Positions 1 to 7,394 of a stretch of DNA of 32,610 nucleotides are shown piece after piece; position 1 is the stretch's first letter; each line of letters opens with the position of its first letter. The stretch comes from Candidatus Anstonellaceae archaeon (GTDB lineage: Archaea > Micrarchaeota > Micrarchaeia > Anstonellales > Anstonellaceae). Under the pieces are notes generated by a model that was not told the origin of the DNA, did no database searches, and saw only the letters and a program-made list of their open reading frames with translations. The position numbers and the translations under genes are program-made. The stretch covers positions 1 through 32,610 of the forward strand of contig JBKBMW010000001.1 in NCBI GenBank assembly GCA_046295675.1. The letters run 5' to 3'.

Positions 1-196
1 TTGGGTCAATGTTTAAAGAAACAGCCTTCCCCCAGTTTAGAGTATACAATATTCCTTCAATATTTTTTCTAACCAAACAAAGCCCTTCTTTATTCTCAGG
101 AATTAGGCAATAATGCGAACAAAGACGACATCTAATCAAATTTTTTAGTTGTGAATTTTGGACCAAATTATAAAACATTGCTTGTCTTTTTTTCAT
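1..196 (-). CDS. radical SAM enzyme, AmmeMemoRadiSam/PflA-activase-like, N-terminal fragment running off the window
   Basis: Absent from the ORF track because it has no stop in the window. The reverse-strand ATG at 196 reads MKKRQAMFYNLVQNSQLKNLIRCRLCSHYCLIPENKEGLCLVRKNIEGILYTLNWGKAVSLNIDP. This matches the N-terminal C-x2-C-x2-C ... G-x-C-x-V-R ... Y ... DP pattern I recall for AmrS/COG1180 proteins. The radical-SAM CxxxCxxC motif would lie beyond the window edge. Confidence 0.45.
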   Translation of the reverse strand, partial: MKKRQAMFYNLVQNSQLKNLIRCRLCSHYCLIPENKEGLCLVRKNIEGILYTLNWGKAVSLNIDP

Positions 197-370
197 TTTT
201 CCGTTATACTATTTTTTTTACAATATTTAAATCTTTGTTATTTTTTTGAGCCAATTTAAAAGTGATATCTTTTTTTATTTTCGCTTTGGATATTTTTATA
301 AATATTAATAATTACAATACTTTATAAAATAAATAAATTATTTTATCTGTTTAATGGTAAGGGAAATTTT

Positions 371-1480
371 ATGGTCATAGATCCTGTGGATAAAATCGCA
401 GAACAAATTTCTCAACAAAAAACAAGCACTGGTAATAGTGATGAAGAACTCTTGGCTTTTTTAGAGCAAACCAAACCAAAAATTTTGGTAGTTGGTACTG
501 GTGGCTCTGGATGCAATACTCTAAATAGGATGATAGAAGTTGGAATTGAAGGAGCAACTCTAATAGCAATGAACACTGATGTGAGGCATTTAATAAAAAT
601 CAAAGCAGATAAAAAAATTCTCCTCGGTAAGATGACTACAAAAGGTATGGGGGCAGGTTCCAACCCTTTACTTGGAGAAAATGCTGCAAAAGAATCCCAA
701 GAGGAGATAAAAAAAACCTTAAATGGCGCAAGTATGGTTTTTATTGCCTGTGGGCTTGGGGGAGGGACAGGCACTGGTTCAGCACATATTATTGCAGAAG
801 TAGCAAGACAAGTAGGGGCTCTTACAGTTGCTGTAGTTACTCTTCCATTTGCTTCAGAAGGAAAAATCCGAATGCAAAATGCTTTAGAAGGTTTGGAAAA
901 ATTAAAAAGACATGCTGATACTGTAATAATTATTCCAAATGACAAGCTTCTTAGTGTTGCTCCAGACCTACCTTTAAACACTGCCTTTAAAGTTTGTGAT
1001 GAAGTACTTACTTCGGCAGTAAAGTCAATAACAGAATTGGTTACAAAAGCAGGTTTGGTAAATCTGGATTTTGCTGACCTTAAAACAATTCTCTCCAGTG
1101 CAGGCTGTGCTGTGGTTGGTGTAGGTGAATCTACAATAGATGCAAAACCAGAAGATAGGGCATTATTGGCAGCAGAAATGGCCCTCAACTCTCCTCTTTT
1201 GGATGTGGATATCTCGCAAGCACAAAGAGCATTGATAAATGTTATTGGTGGGGAAGATATGTCCTTAAAAGAAGCAGAATTAATTGTTAATACTATTTCA
1301 AAAAGGATTGACCCAAACGCCCATATCATCTGGGGGGCAAGAATAGAAAAAGACTCCAAAAAAAACAGGGTGAGGGTATTAACTGTGGTAGCAGGAACAA
1401 AATTTCCAAAATACGATTTAAACTATTTTCAAAATAAGGAATTTTCCTTTGAAGATATGGATTTAGATTTAGTTGTTTGA
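371..1480 (+). CDS. ftsZ: cell division GTPase FtsZ (paralog 1)
   Basis: N-terminal VVGTGGSGCNTLNRM, tubulin signature GLGGGTGTGSAHIIAEVAR, and NLDFADLKT. The acidic C-terminal peptide is EFSFEDMDLDLVV. It sits in the conserved archaeal ftsZ-secE-nusG neighbourhood. Confidence 0.95.
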   Translation: MVIDPVDKIAEQISQQKTSTGNSDEELLAFLEQTKPKILVVGTGGSGCNTLNRMIEVGIEGATLIAMNTDVRHLIKIKADKKILLGKMTTKGMGAGSNPLLGENAAKESQEEIKKTLNGASMVFIACGLGGGTGTGSAHIIAEVARQVGALTVAVVTLPFASEGKIRMQNALEGLEKLKRHADTVIIIPNDKLLSVAPDLPLNTAFKVCDEVLTSAVKSITELVTKAGLVNLDFADLKTILSSAGCAVVGVGESTIDAKPEDRALLAAEMALNSPLLDVDISQAQRALINVIGGEDMSLKEAELIVNTISKRIDPNAHIIWGARIEKDSKKNRVRVLTVVAGTKFPKYDLNYFQNKEFSFEDMDLDLVV

Positions 1481-1488
1481 GTGTTTTT

Positions 1489-1686
1489 ATGTTAAACAAA
1501 ATAAGCAATTTTAAAGAGTTTCTTTCAAATGAGCTAAAAAAGATAATTAGAGTATTGAAGGTAGCAACTAAACCATCTCAAAAGGAATTTTTTTTTATAG
1601 CAAAAATCTCCATAATCGGAATTTCCATTTTAGGAATATTTGGATTAATAGTTTCATTAGTCTTTTCAGTTATAGATTTACTATAG
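1489..1686 (+). CDS. secE: protein translocase subunit SecE / Sec61-gamma
   Basis: MLNKISNFKEFLSNELKKIIRVLKVATKPSQKEFFFIAKISIIGISILGIFGLIV is a single C-terminal TM with the KP..E motif typical of archaeal SecE. It lies between ftsZ and spt5. I chose the ATG at 1489 over the track's TTG at 1477. Confidence 0.85.
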   Translation: MLNKISNFKEFLSNELKKIIRVLKVATKPSQKEFFFIAKISIIGISILGIFGLIVSLVFSVIDLL

Positions 1687-1754
1687 AATCATTAACTTTA
1701 AAAATAAATTAAATAAATTAAAAAATAAATAAAAATAATATTTGGAGTGATTTT

Positions 1755-2228
1755 ATGCCAATCTATTCATATAAGGTGGTAGCAGGCCAAGAAAAAATAG
1801 TAATGGAGATGCTAGTTAAAAAAATAACCTCCGAAAATTTGGGTGTTTATTCTATACTTCATATTGAAGATATAAAGGGTTATATGTTTGTAGAAGCAGA
1901 AAACGAGATGGCAGCAAGGCAAGCAGCAAATAAAATTCATCATATCAAAGGACTAGTTTCAAGGGGAGGAAAAGCCCAAGAATTTAGGCTTGAAGATTTG
2001 GAAGGGCATTTCTCCACAAAAATGAAATCCATTTCAGATAAAATCTCAAAAGGAGATATTGTAGAATTGATAAGCGGACCATTTAAAGGTGAGCGGGCGA
2101 AAGTATTAAGAATTGATGATAAAAAAGACGAGCTTACTGTAGAACTAATGGATGTGGCAGTTCCAATCCCAGTTACAATAAAATCTAACACTATGAAGCT
2201 TAGGCAAAAAGCAGAAGAAAATAGTTAG
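1755..2228 (+). CDS. spt5: transcription elongation factor Spt5 / NusG
   Basis: An NGN-like N-terminus (GQEKIVMEML...GYMFVEAE) is followed by a KOW motif, GDIVELISGPFKGERAKVLRID. A GGAGTGA Shine-Dalgarno lies upstream of the ATG. Confidence 0.9.
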   Translation: MPIYSYKVVAGQEKIVMEMLVKKITSENLGVYSILHIEDIKGYMFVEAENEMAARQAANKIHHIKGLVSRGGKAQEFRLEDLEGHFSTKMKSISDKISKGDIVELISGPFKGERAKVLRIDDKKDELTVELMDVAVPIPVTIKSNTMKLRQKAEENS

Positions 2229-2234
2229 CAATCC

Positions 2235-2753
2235 TCAAAAAGAAAATTTTGAAAGCTTTATAAATGATGGAATAGAATTTTTAATAAATCCGAATACAAA
2301 TTCCATTCTAAATTGCCTTGCTAAAGCCAACTTTGCTTCTAAATCCTCAAAAAGCATAGGGTTTTTTATATCTACTAAATTAAGAAGAATTTGCGCTCGT
2401 TCTTCCTCCCTTCCCACTCCAGGAGAGTATACAAACCAGTAGTTTGGGTCAAAAGAATTGAATCTTACCACTCTTCCTACTGAGCGAATTTCTTTATATA
2501 TTAAATACTGTTCTTCTGGATTTAAATTAAATTGCTTTTTATCATCATTTATCAAATCCAAAATTTTTTTCCAATTTTGTTTTTTCATTGAACTATTTAC
2601 AACTTCAATTAATCTTAATTCTGTCAAATAAGCGGCTTCTAATGGGTGAAGTATCAAGTTTTGCCCATCTATTTTTCCAAATGAGCCAGAAAGGAGGTTT
2701 TCTATCTCTTCTTTTTTAGTGCAAATTATTTTCTTATTTTTTATCTGAGCCAT
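2235..2753 (-). CDS. endA: tRNA-splicing endonuclease family protein (EndA-like; probably a non-catalytic/structural subunit)
   Basis: By-eye alignment to M. jannaschii EndA (recalled): SGSFGKIDGQNLILHPLEAAYLTELRLIEV vs [30 protein letters not shown]. Also YLIYKEIRSVGRVVR vs YLVYKDLRTRGYIVK, and WFVYSPG vs FRLYERG. Catalytic Tyr is retained (Y109), but the His and Lys positions read R119 and M150. Confidence 0.8.
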   Translation of the reverse strand: MAQIKNKKIICTKKEEIENLLSGSFGKIDGQNLILHPLEAAYLTELRLIEVVNSSMKKQNWKKILDLINDDKKQFNLNPEEQYLIYKEIRSVGRVVRFNSFDPNYWFVYSPGVGREEERAQILLNLVDIKNPMLFEDLEAKLALARQFRMEFVFGFIKNSIPSFIKLSKFSF

Positions 2754-2806
2754 AACAATTTAAATTAGAAACAAGAAAATTTAAACTTTTAGTATAAAAT
2801 TATTTT

Positions 2807-4222
2807 ATGATAAAGCTTAAAGATACTTTAGATGAACAATTGAAAGAAATCTATCCAAAAAGCTCTAACCAAATTCTTATGTATGTTTGTGGGCTTACTC
2901 CTTATGATGATACCCATCTTGGTCATGCAAGAACCTTTGCTTCAATAGATATTTTAAAAAGATATTTAGAATATAAAGGGCAAAAGGTTTTTCATATTCA
3001 AAATGTGACCGATATCGACGATAAAATAATCAATCGAGCACTACAAAAAAACATGCTCCCATTAGATCTATCCTCTTTTTATGACCAAAAAAGTCGTCAG
3101 GAGTTATTAGGATTAAATATTCTCCCTCCATCTTTTATGCCAAAAGTATCTGAAAGCATTCCCATAATCTTAGATTTTATTTCAAAAATATTACAAAAAG
3201 GTTTTGGCTATGTAAGTAAGAGTGGGGTATATTTTGATGTTTTAAAATATAACAAAGCCTTTGGTTCTTATGGTGCTCTTTCAAAGCAGAATTTAGAAAA
3301 AATAAAGTCTGGGGCAAGAATAGAACCAAAAGAAGATAAAAAAGACCCTTCTGATTTTGCTTTATGGAAGTTTGAAGAAGTTAAAGGAGCAACATTTTTT
3401 TCTCCCTGGGGGGAGGGAAGACCAGGTTGGCATATAGAATGTTCAGCAATGTCCATGGCAGCTACAAAAGGCAAGCCACTTGATATGCATTGCGGTGCAA
3501 GGGATTTGATTTTTCCTCATCATGAAAACGAGATAGCCCAAGCCCATGCTGCAGGTTATATTCCTTTTTGCTATCAATGGCTTCATACTGGGTTTTTAAC
3601 AGTAAATGGAGAAAAAATGGCAAAATCGTTAGGAAACTTTATTACTCTTTCTGAAGCTATGCAAAAATGGAAAACTCCTGTTTTAAGGCTGTTTTTCGCT
3701 TTAAGCCACTATTCCTCTCCTTTAGATTTTTCTATTAATGCCATTGAAGGAGTAGAAAAGACTTTTGAAAATCTAAAGCGTTCTTTGTTTATAGCAGAAC
3801 AAAAATTTCTAAAAATTACTCCCTCTACGAATTATATAAGGGATTTTGAACAAAAAATAGATCAAAAAATCCAAGAATTTGATAAGTTTATGGAAAACGA
3901 TTTGGATACTCCTCTTGCTTGCTCTTCTCTTATTGCTGCTTCCAAAGAAATTTCAAAAGCAGCCGAATCAGGTCTTTGTCCTTATTCTCTAATATCTAAT
4001 AAAGCAAGCAAAATCAAGGAGCATTTCAATATTTTAGGAGTGGAGATCCCATTACCAGAACTTAAAATTTCAAAAACAGAAATTGAAAAGCTTTTAGAAA
4101 AGCGACAGGAGGCAAGGGAGGAAAGAGATTTTGAACAAGCAGATGCTATTAGAACAGAATTACAACAAAAAGGAATAATTTTGGAAGATACAGAACACGG
4201 AACAATCTGGAAGTATTTATAA
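2807..4222 (+). CDS. cysS: cysteine--tRNA ligase
   Basis: Class I HIGH motif (THLGHARTF) and KMSKS motif (KMAKSLGN), CysRS-type WGEGRPGWHIECSAM, and a typical 471-aa length. Confidence 0.95.
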   Translation: MIKLKDTLDEQLKEIYPKSSNQILMYVCGLTPYDDTHLGHARTFASIDILKRYLEYKGQKVFHIQNVTDIDDKIINRALQKNMLPLDLSSFYDQKSRQELLGLNILPPSFMPKVSESIPIILDFISKILQKGFGYVSKSGVYFDVLKYNKAFGSYGALSKQNLEKIKSGARIEPKEDKKDPSDFALWKFEEVKGATFFSPWGEGRPGWHIECSAMSMAATKGKPLDMHCGARDLIFPHHENEIAQAHAAGYIPFCYQWLHTGFLTVNGEKMAKSLGNFITLSEAMQKWKTPVLRLFFALSHYSSPLDFSINAIEGVEKTFENLKRSLFIAEQKFLKITPSTNYIRDFEQKIDQKIQEFDKFMENDLDTPLACSSLIAASKEISKAAESGLCPYSLISNKASKIKEHFNILGVEIPLPELKISKTEIEKLLEKRQEAREERDFEQADAIRTELQQKGIILEDTEHGTIWKYL

Positions 4223-4242
4223 TTTTAAAATTTATCTAAAAA

Positions 4243-4265
4243 GGCAAAAAAAACCTTTTTTTGCC
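4243..4265 (+). terminator. perfect 10-bp hairpin (GGCAAAAAAA-ACC-TTTTTTTGCC) with a T7 run, downstream of cysS
   Basis: Read directly from the sequence, 21 nt after the cysS stop. Oligo-T tracts are archaeal termination signals. The hairpin overlaps the track's TTG-extended histone start, which argues against that start. Confidence 0.35.
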
Positions 4266-4314
4266 AAAAGCAAAGATTAAAAAGCTTTTTAAGTTAAATA
4301 AAATTGGTGAGAAA

Positions 4315-4530
4315 ATGATTTTACCAAAAGCACCAGTGGAAAAATTAATTAGAAGTGCTGGGGCTGAAAGGGTTTCAGATGGTGCTTCTTTGGAATTGCT
4401 TAACATCTTAGAAAAAATCAGTCAGGAGATTTCTCAACAAGCAAAAACCTATGCTGCACATGCAGGAAGAAAAACCATTTTAGCAGAAGATATTCGATTG
4501 GCTTTTGAAAACCTTTATGGAAAGCATTAA
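4315..4530 (+). CDS. archaeal histone (HMf family, single histone fold)
   Basis: MILPKAPVEKLIRSAGAERVSDGA...AAHAGRKTILAEDIRLAFE carries the classic archaeal histone motifs. The ATG at 4315 is preceded by a GGTGAG Shine-Dalgarno. Confidence 0.9.
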   Translation: MILPKAPVEKLIRSAGAERVSDGASLELLNILEKISQEISQQAKTYAAHAGRKTILAEDIRLAFENLYGKH

Positions 4531-4609
4531 TTTTTGTCTTAAAATTCCTAATTAATCAAAAATAAAAATCCATATAAAACCTTTATTTAAATCAATTTTT
4601 ACTAAAATC

Positions 4610-5458
4610 TCAAAAGGCTATTTTTATAAATTTTTTTCCCTCTTTTTTGGCTGTTTGAAGTTCTTGTTCAATTTTTTCCATATTCTGTTTTATATGTTCT
4701 ATTGCTTTTTTGAAAAAAATAATTTGTTTTTCAATATCTTCAAGGTTTTGTTTTTGATTTTGTAGTCTTTTTTGTAGTTTTTGCTTTATTTTTTCTTTTT
4801 CTACATCCATCTCTTTTGGTTTTTTTTCTTCCTCTATTCGATCCAAAAATTCTATTGCCTCTGATAGGCTTGAAAATTTTTTTGTTATATTTAAACCAAT
4901 ATCTTTTGGCTCAATAGCCCAAACCTCATTATTATAAACCAAAAATTCTTTTATGTCCTTGATTTTGCCTTTATCTATCTCTTGAGAATTTTCATACTTC
5001 TTTCCAAAATATATTCTTTGCTCAAATTCCTTTTTTGGAGGATAAGAAAAAAAATCGCCTTTTTTTAGTTCTTCTTCTGCATAAAAAAAAGCAATTACTT
5101 TTTCCTCTTGGAGTAAAATCATATTCCCTTTTGAAAACTGTTTCAAAACAAGTTTATAATTTGGAAAAAATTCCAAAATATAATATCTATCAAAATCATA
5201 TTGATAAAAAGAGATAAGTTTTTTTCCTTGCAAATGTTTTCTTAAAAGCATAACAAAATTGCTTGCTTGTTTTAAAGCTGTGTTTTTAGTAGATGAAAAA
5301 TAAAAATTTTGTCCAAGGTTAATCACCAAGCCTTTTTTTCCAAAGGAAAAAAGAAATTTCTTTTCTCCGATCTGATAAATTTTTTTTAGCCTTTGATTTA
5401 AAATCTCCTCTCCTTCTTTCAAAATAAGGGAATATTCCCACATAGACAAAGTTTGCAT
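4610..5458 (-). CDS. NFACT-N domain protein (truncated Rqc2/RqcH/FbpA-like) with a C-terminal coiled coil
   Basis: LKKIYQIGEKKFLFSF...FVMLLRKHLQGKKLISFYQYDFDRYYILEF...FSKGNMILL matches the NFACT-N consensus (kiYq ... F.m.LRKhL.G ... Q...DRi..leF ... GNiiL). The K/E-rich C-terminal half is a coiled coil. There is no NFACT-R/DUF814 part. The start could be 5458, 5443 or the TTG at 5473. Confidence 0.7.
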   Translation of the reverse strand: MQTLSMWEYSLILKEGEEILNQRLKKIYQIGEKKFLFSFGKKGLVINLGQNFYFSSTKNTALKQASNFVMLLRKHLQGKKLISFYQYDFDRYYILEFFPNYKLVLKQFSKGNMILLQEEKVIAFFYAEEELKKGDFFSYPPKKEFEQRIYFGKKYENSQEIDKGKIKDIKEFLVYNNEVWAIEPKDIGLNITKKFSSLSEAIEFLDRIEEEKKPKEMDVEKEKIKQKLQKRLQNQKQNLEDIEKQIIFFKKAIEHIKQNMEKIEQELQTAKKEGKKFIKIAF

Positions 5459-5507
5459 AAAAAAATAGAGCAAACAAATATTAAAAACAAAATGCTATAG
5501 TTTTCAT

Positions 5508-7055
5508 ATGGGGTTTTTAAGTCAGAATGCTCCGCAGCCAAGAGATTATCAAGTAAATATCGCTAATTCGGTTTTAACAAACGGCTCTACTTTAGTTGTA
5601 CTTCCAACAGGGATGGGAAAAACTTATCTTGCCTTATTGGTCGCAGACAAAATTTTAGATTCTGGTTCTGTTCTTTTCCTGGCTCCAACAAAGCCTTTGA
5701 TTGCCCAACATCAAAAAACCACAAAAGAGCTTTTAACCTTGAAGGAGGATCAAATTGTTTTGGTAAGCGGGCAACTGCCTGCAAAAAAGCGACAAGAATT
5801 ATATCAACTAAAACCAAAATTTTTGCTCTCTACTCCACAAACCATAGCAAATGATCTAAAAAAAAATCGCTTGGAGTGGTATTTTAATTTAGTGGTATTT
5901 GACGAGGCACATCGAGCTGTTGGAAAATACGCCTATACTTATATAGCAAACATAGCAAAAGAAAAAAAAGCAATTTTATTGGGATTAACAGCATCTCCAG
6001 GAGGGCAGAAGAAAAAAATAGAGGAGATTGTGCAAGCTTTAGGGATTGAGAATGTAGAAATTAGAACCAATCAAGATAAGGATGTTTTGCCCTATATTAA
6101 GCCAATGGAAATAAGCTGGATTAGGGTGCCTCTTAGTCCAGAACTATTAAAACTAAAAAGGCTTCTTGAAACCATGATTGAAAAAAATTACGAAGGGCTA
6201 AAAAATTTAGGTTTTTCAATACCATTTAAAAGCAAAAAAAAGCTTCTTGAATTAAAAGAGAAAATTTTTGCATTAAACAAAGGCTATAAATACCATGCCC
6301 TTTCGCTTTATTTTACTGTTTTTAGTTTGGTTCATCTTCTTGAGCTTACAGAAAGCCAAGGAGTGGAGGCTGCAAAAAAGTTTGTAGATAAATTAAAAAA
6401 GAGAAAGCAAAGCGCTTCATTAAAAAGAATATTTAAAGATCAACTATTTGTTGAATTTGAAAAGCTTTTATACTCTGCTAAAGAGCATCCAAAAATCAAC
6501 AAGTTGCTTGAGATTATAAAATCAAGAGAAGAAAAAGAAAAATTTATTGTTTTTTGTCAATACCGCGATCAGGTTAATTTTCTTGTAGAGCATCTAAGAA
6601 AGAATGGGCTAGCTGCAAAGCCATTTATGGGAAAAAAAGAGGGCTTTAACCAAAAGCAACAAGCCCAAATCATCTCAGAATTTAGAGAAGATAAATTCAA
6701 TATTTTAGTGGCAACTTCTATTGGTGAAGAAGGCTTGGATATTCCATCAGTAGATAATGTAATTTTTTATGAGCCTGTACCATCGGAAATAAGAGCAATA
6801 CAAAGAAGAGGGAGGGCTGGAAGGGCAAAGCTTGGAAGAATTTTTGGACTTATTGCACAAAATACTAGAGATGAAGGCTTTTATTGGTCTGCATTAAAAA
6901 AAGAGCAAAAAATGAAAAGAATAGTTAAAGAATTAGCTGAACAAAGTAAAAATACAAAAGGCAGGCAAAAAAACATACAAGAAAAGGAAAAAGAAAAAAA
7001 AGAAGAAACAAAACACAAGCCAAAACAAACCAATCTTTTAGATTTTTTTGGTTAA
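5508..7055 (+). CDS. hef: Hef/FANCM-like SF2 helicase (helicase domains only, no ERCC4 nuclease domain)
   Basis: Motif I VLPTGMGKT, motif II FDEAH, motif III LGLTASPG and motif VI QRRGRAGR, with an insert domain between the RecA lobes. The Lys-rich tail ends in QTNLLDFFG. Confidence 0.85.
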   Translation: MGFLSQNAPQPRDYQVNIANSVLTNGSTLVVLPTGMGKTYLALLVADKILDSGSVLFLAPTKPLIAQHQKTTKELLTLKEDQIVLVSGQLPAKKRQELYQLKPKFLLSTPQTIANDLKKNRLEWYFNLVVFDEAHRAVGKYAYTYIANIAKEKKAILLGLTASPGGQKKKIEEIVQALGIENVEIRTNQDKDVLPYIKPMEISWIRVPLSPELLKLKRLLETMIEKNYEGLKNLGFSIPFKSKKKLLELKEKIFALNKGYKYHALSLYFTVFSLVHLLELTESQGVEAAKKFVDKLKKRKQSASLKRIFKDQLFVEFEKLLYSAKEHPKINKLLEIIKSREEKEKFIVFCQYRDQVNFLVEHLRKNGLAAKPFMGKKEGFNQKQQAQIISEFREDKFNILVATSIGEEGLDIPSVDNVIFYEPVPSEIRAIQRRGRAGRAKLGRIFGLIAQNTRDEGFYWSALKKEQKMKRIVKELAEQSKNTKGRQKNIQEKEKEKKEETKHKPKQTNLLDFFG

Positions 7056-7091
7056 TCTCCTATCTTAGTTGGATTTTTAGAGATAAAATTT

Positions 7092-7280
7092 TTACACACG
7101 GTTTGTTTGAGACATCGAGTATATTCCGACCGCCGCAGCGATTACAATAATTATTCGGATAATCCACAGAATTGGGTCTGGAGAGCTCCAGTCAATTAAT
7201 AGATGCCAAAGAAATTCGTAAATCCCTTTTAACCCTTGAATTTGCAGATTATCTGGAAATACAGATAACAAAACTTCCAA
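7092..7280 (-). CDS. hypothetical small membrane protein (doubtful; TTG start)
   Basis: It has one strong TM (ILWIIRIIIVIAAAVGIYS). There is no ATG start, and it uses locally atypical GC-rich codons (GCG GCG GTC GGA ... TCG ... CGT). It overlaps the tail of the 38-aa ORF upstream in another frame. Confidence 0.25.
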   Translation of the reverse strand: MEVLLSVFPDNLQIQGLKGIYEFLWHLLIDWSSPDPILWIIRIIIVIAAAVGIYSMSQTNRV

Positions 7281-7365
7281 AGATAAAAGAAAAACCTACT
7301 ATAACAAAAATTGTTTTAATAAATTCCCCAATATGTTGAAAAATACTTTCCAAAGACTTTATCAT
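7249..7365 (-). CDS. hypothetical 38-aa single-TM micropeptide downstream of the P-type ATPase
   Basis: Below the track threshold. The ATG at 7365 reads MIKSLESIFQHIGEFIKTIFVIVGFSFIFGSFVICISR*. An AGGTAA lies 9 nt upstream, and the ORF starts 29 nt after the ATPase stop on the same strand. Confidence 0.25.
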   Translation of the reverse strand: MIKSLESIFQHIGEFIKTIFVIVGFSFIFGSFVICISR

Positions 7366-7394
7366 TTTTTTTTACCTAATTTTAAAAAACTTTC

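Noticed and set aside
197-370. AT-rich AAATAAAT-type low-complexity stretches upstream of ftsZ1, also seen at 1687-1754, as specific promoter elements.
   Set aside because: In a genome this AT-rich, TATA-like strings occur everywhere in intergenic DNA. Without mapped transcription starts, individual calls are not supportable.
412-1359. A 315-aa ORF antisense to ftsZ1.
   Set aside because: The sense frame has unambiguous FtsZ motifs along its whole length. The antisense product is low-complexity (S/A/I/F-rich), has no start-site context, and is a typical shadow ORF.
4261-4314. The TTG-initiated 18-aa N-terminal extension of the histone, as given in the ORF track.
   Set aside because: The extension overlaps the cysS terminator-like hairpin and T7 run. 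An ATG at 4315 with a GGTGAG Shine-Dalgarno gives a canonical ~70-aa histone.
7170-7183. The near-palindrome CTGGAGAGCTCCAG as a possible RNA hairpin or protein-binding site.
   Set aside because: It would leave a loop of only 2 nt, lies inside a doubtful small ORF, and has no second copy in the window.
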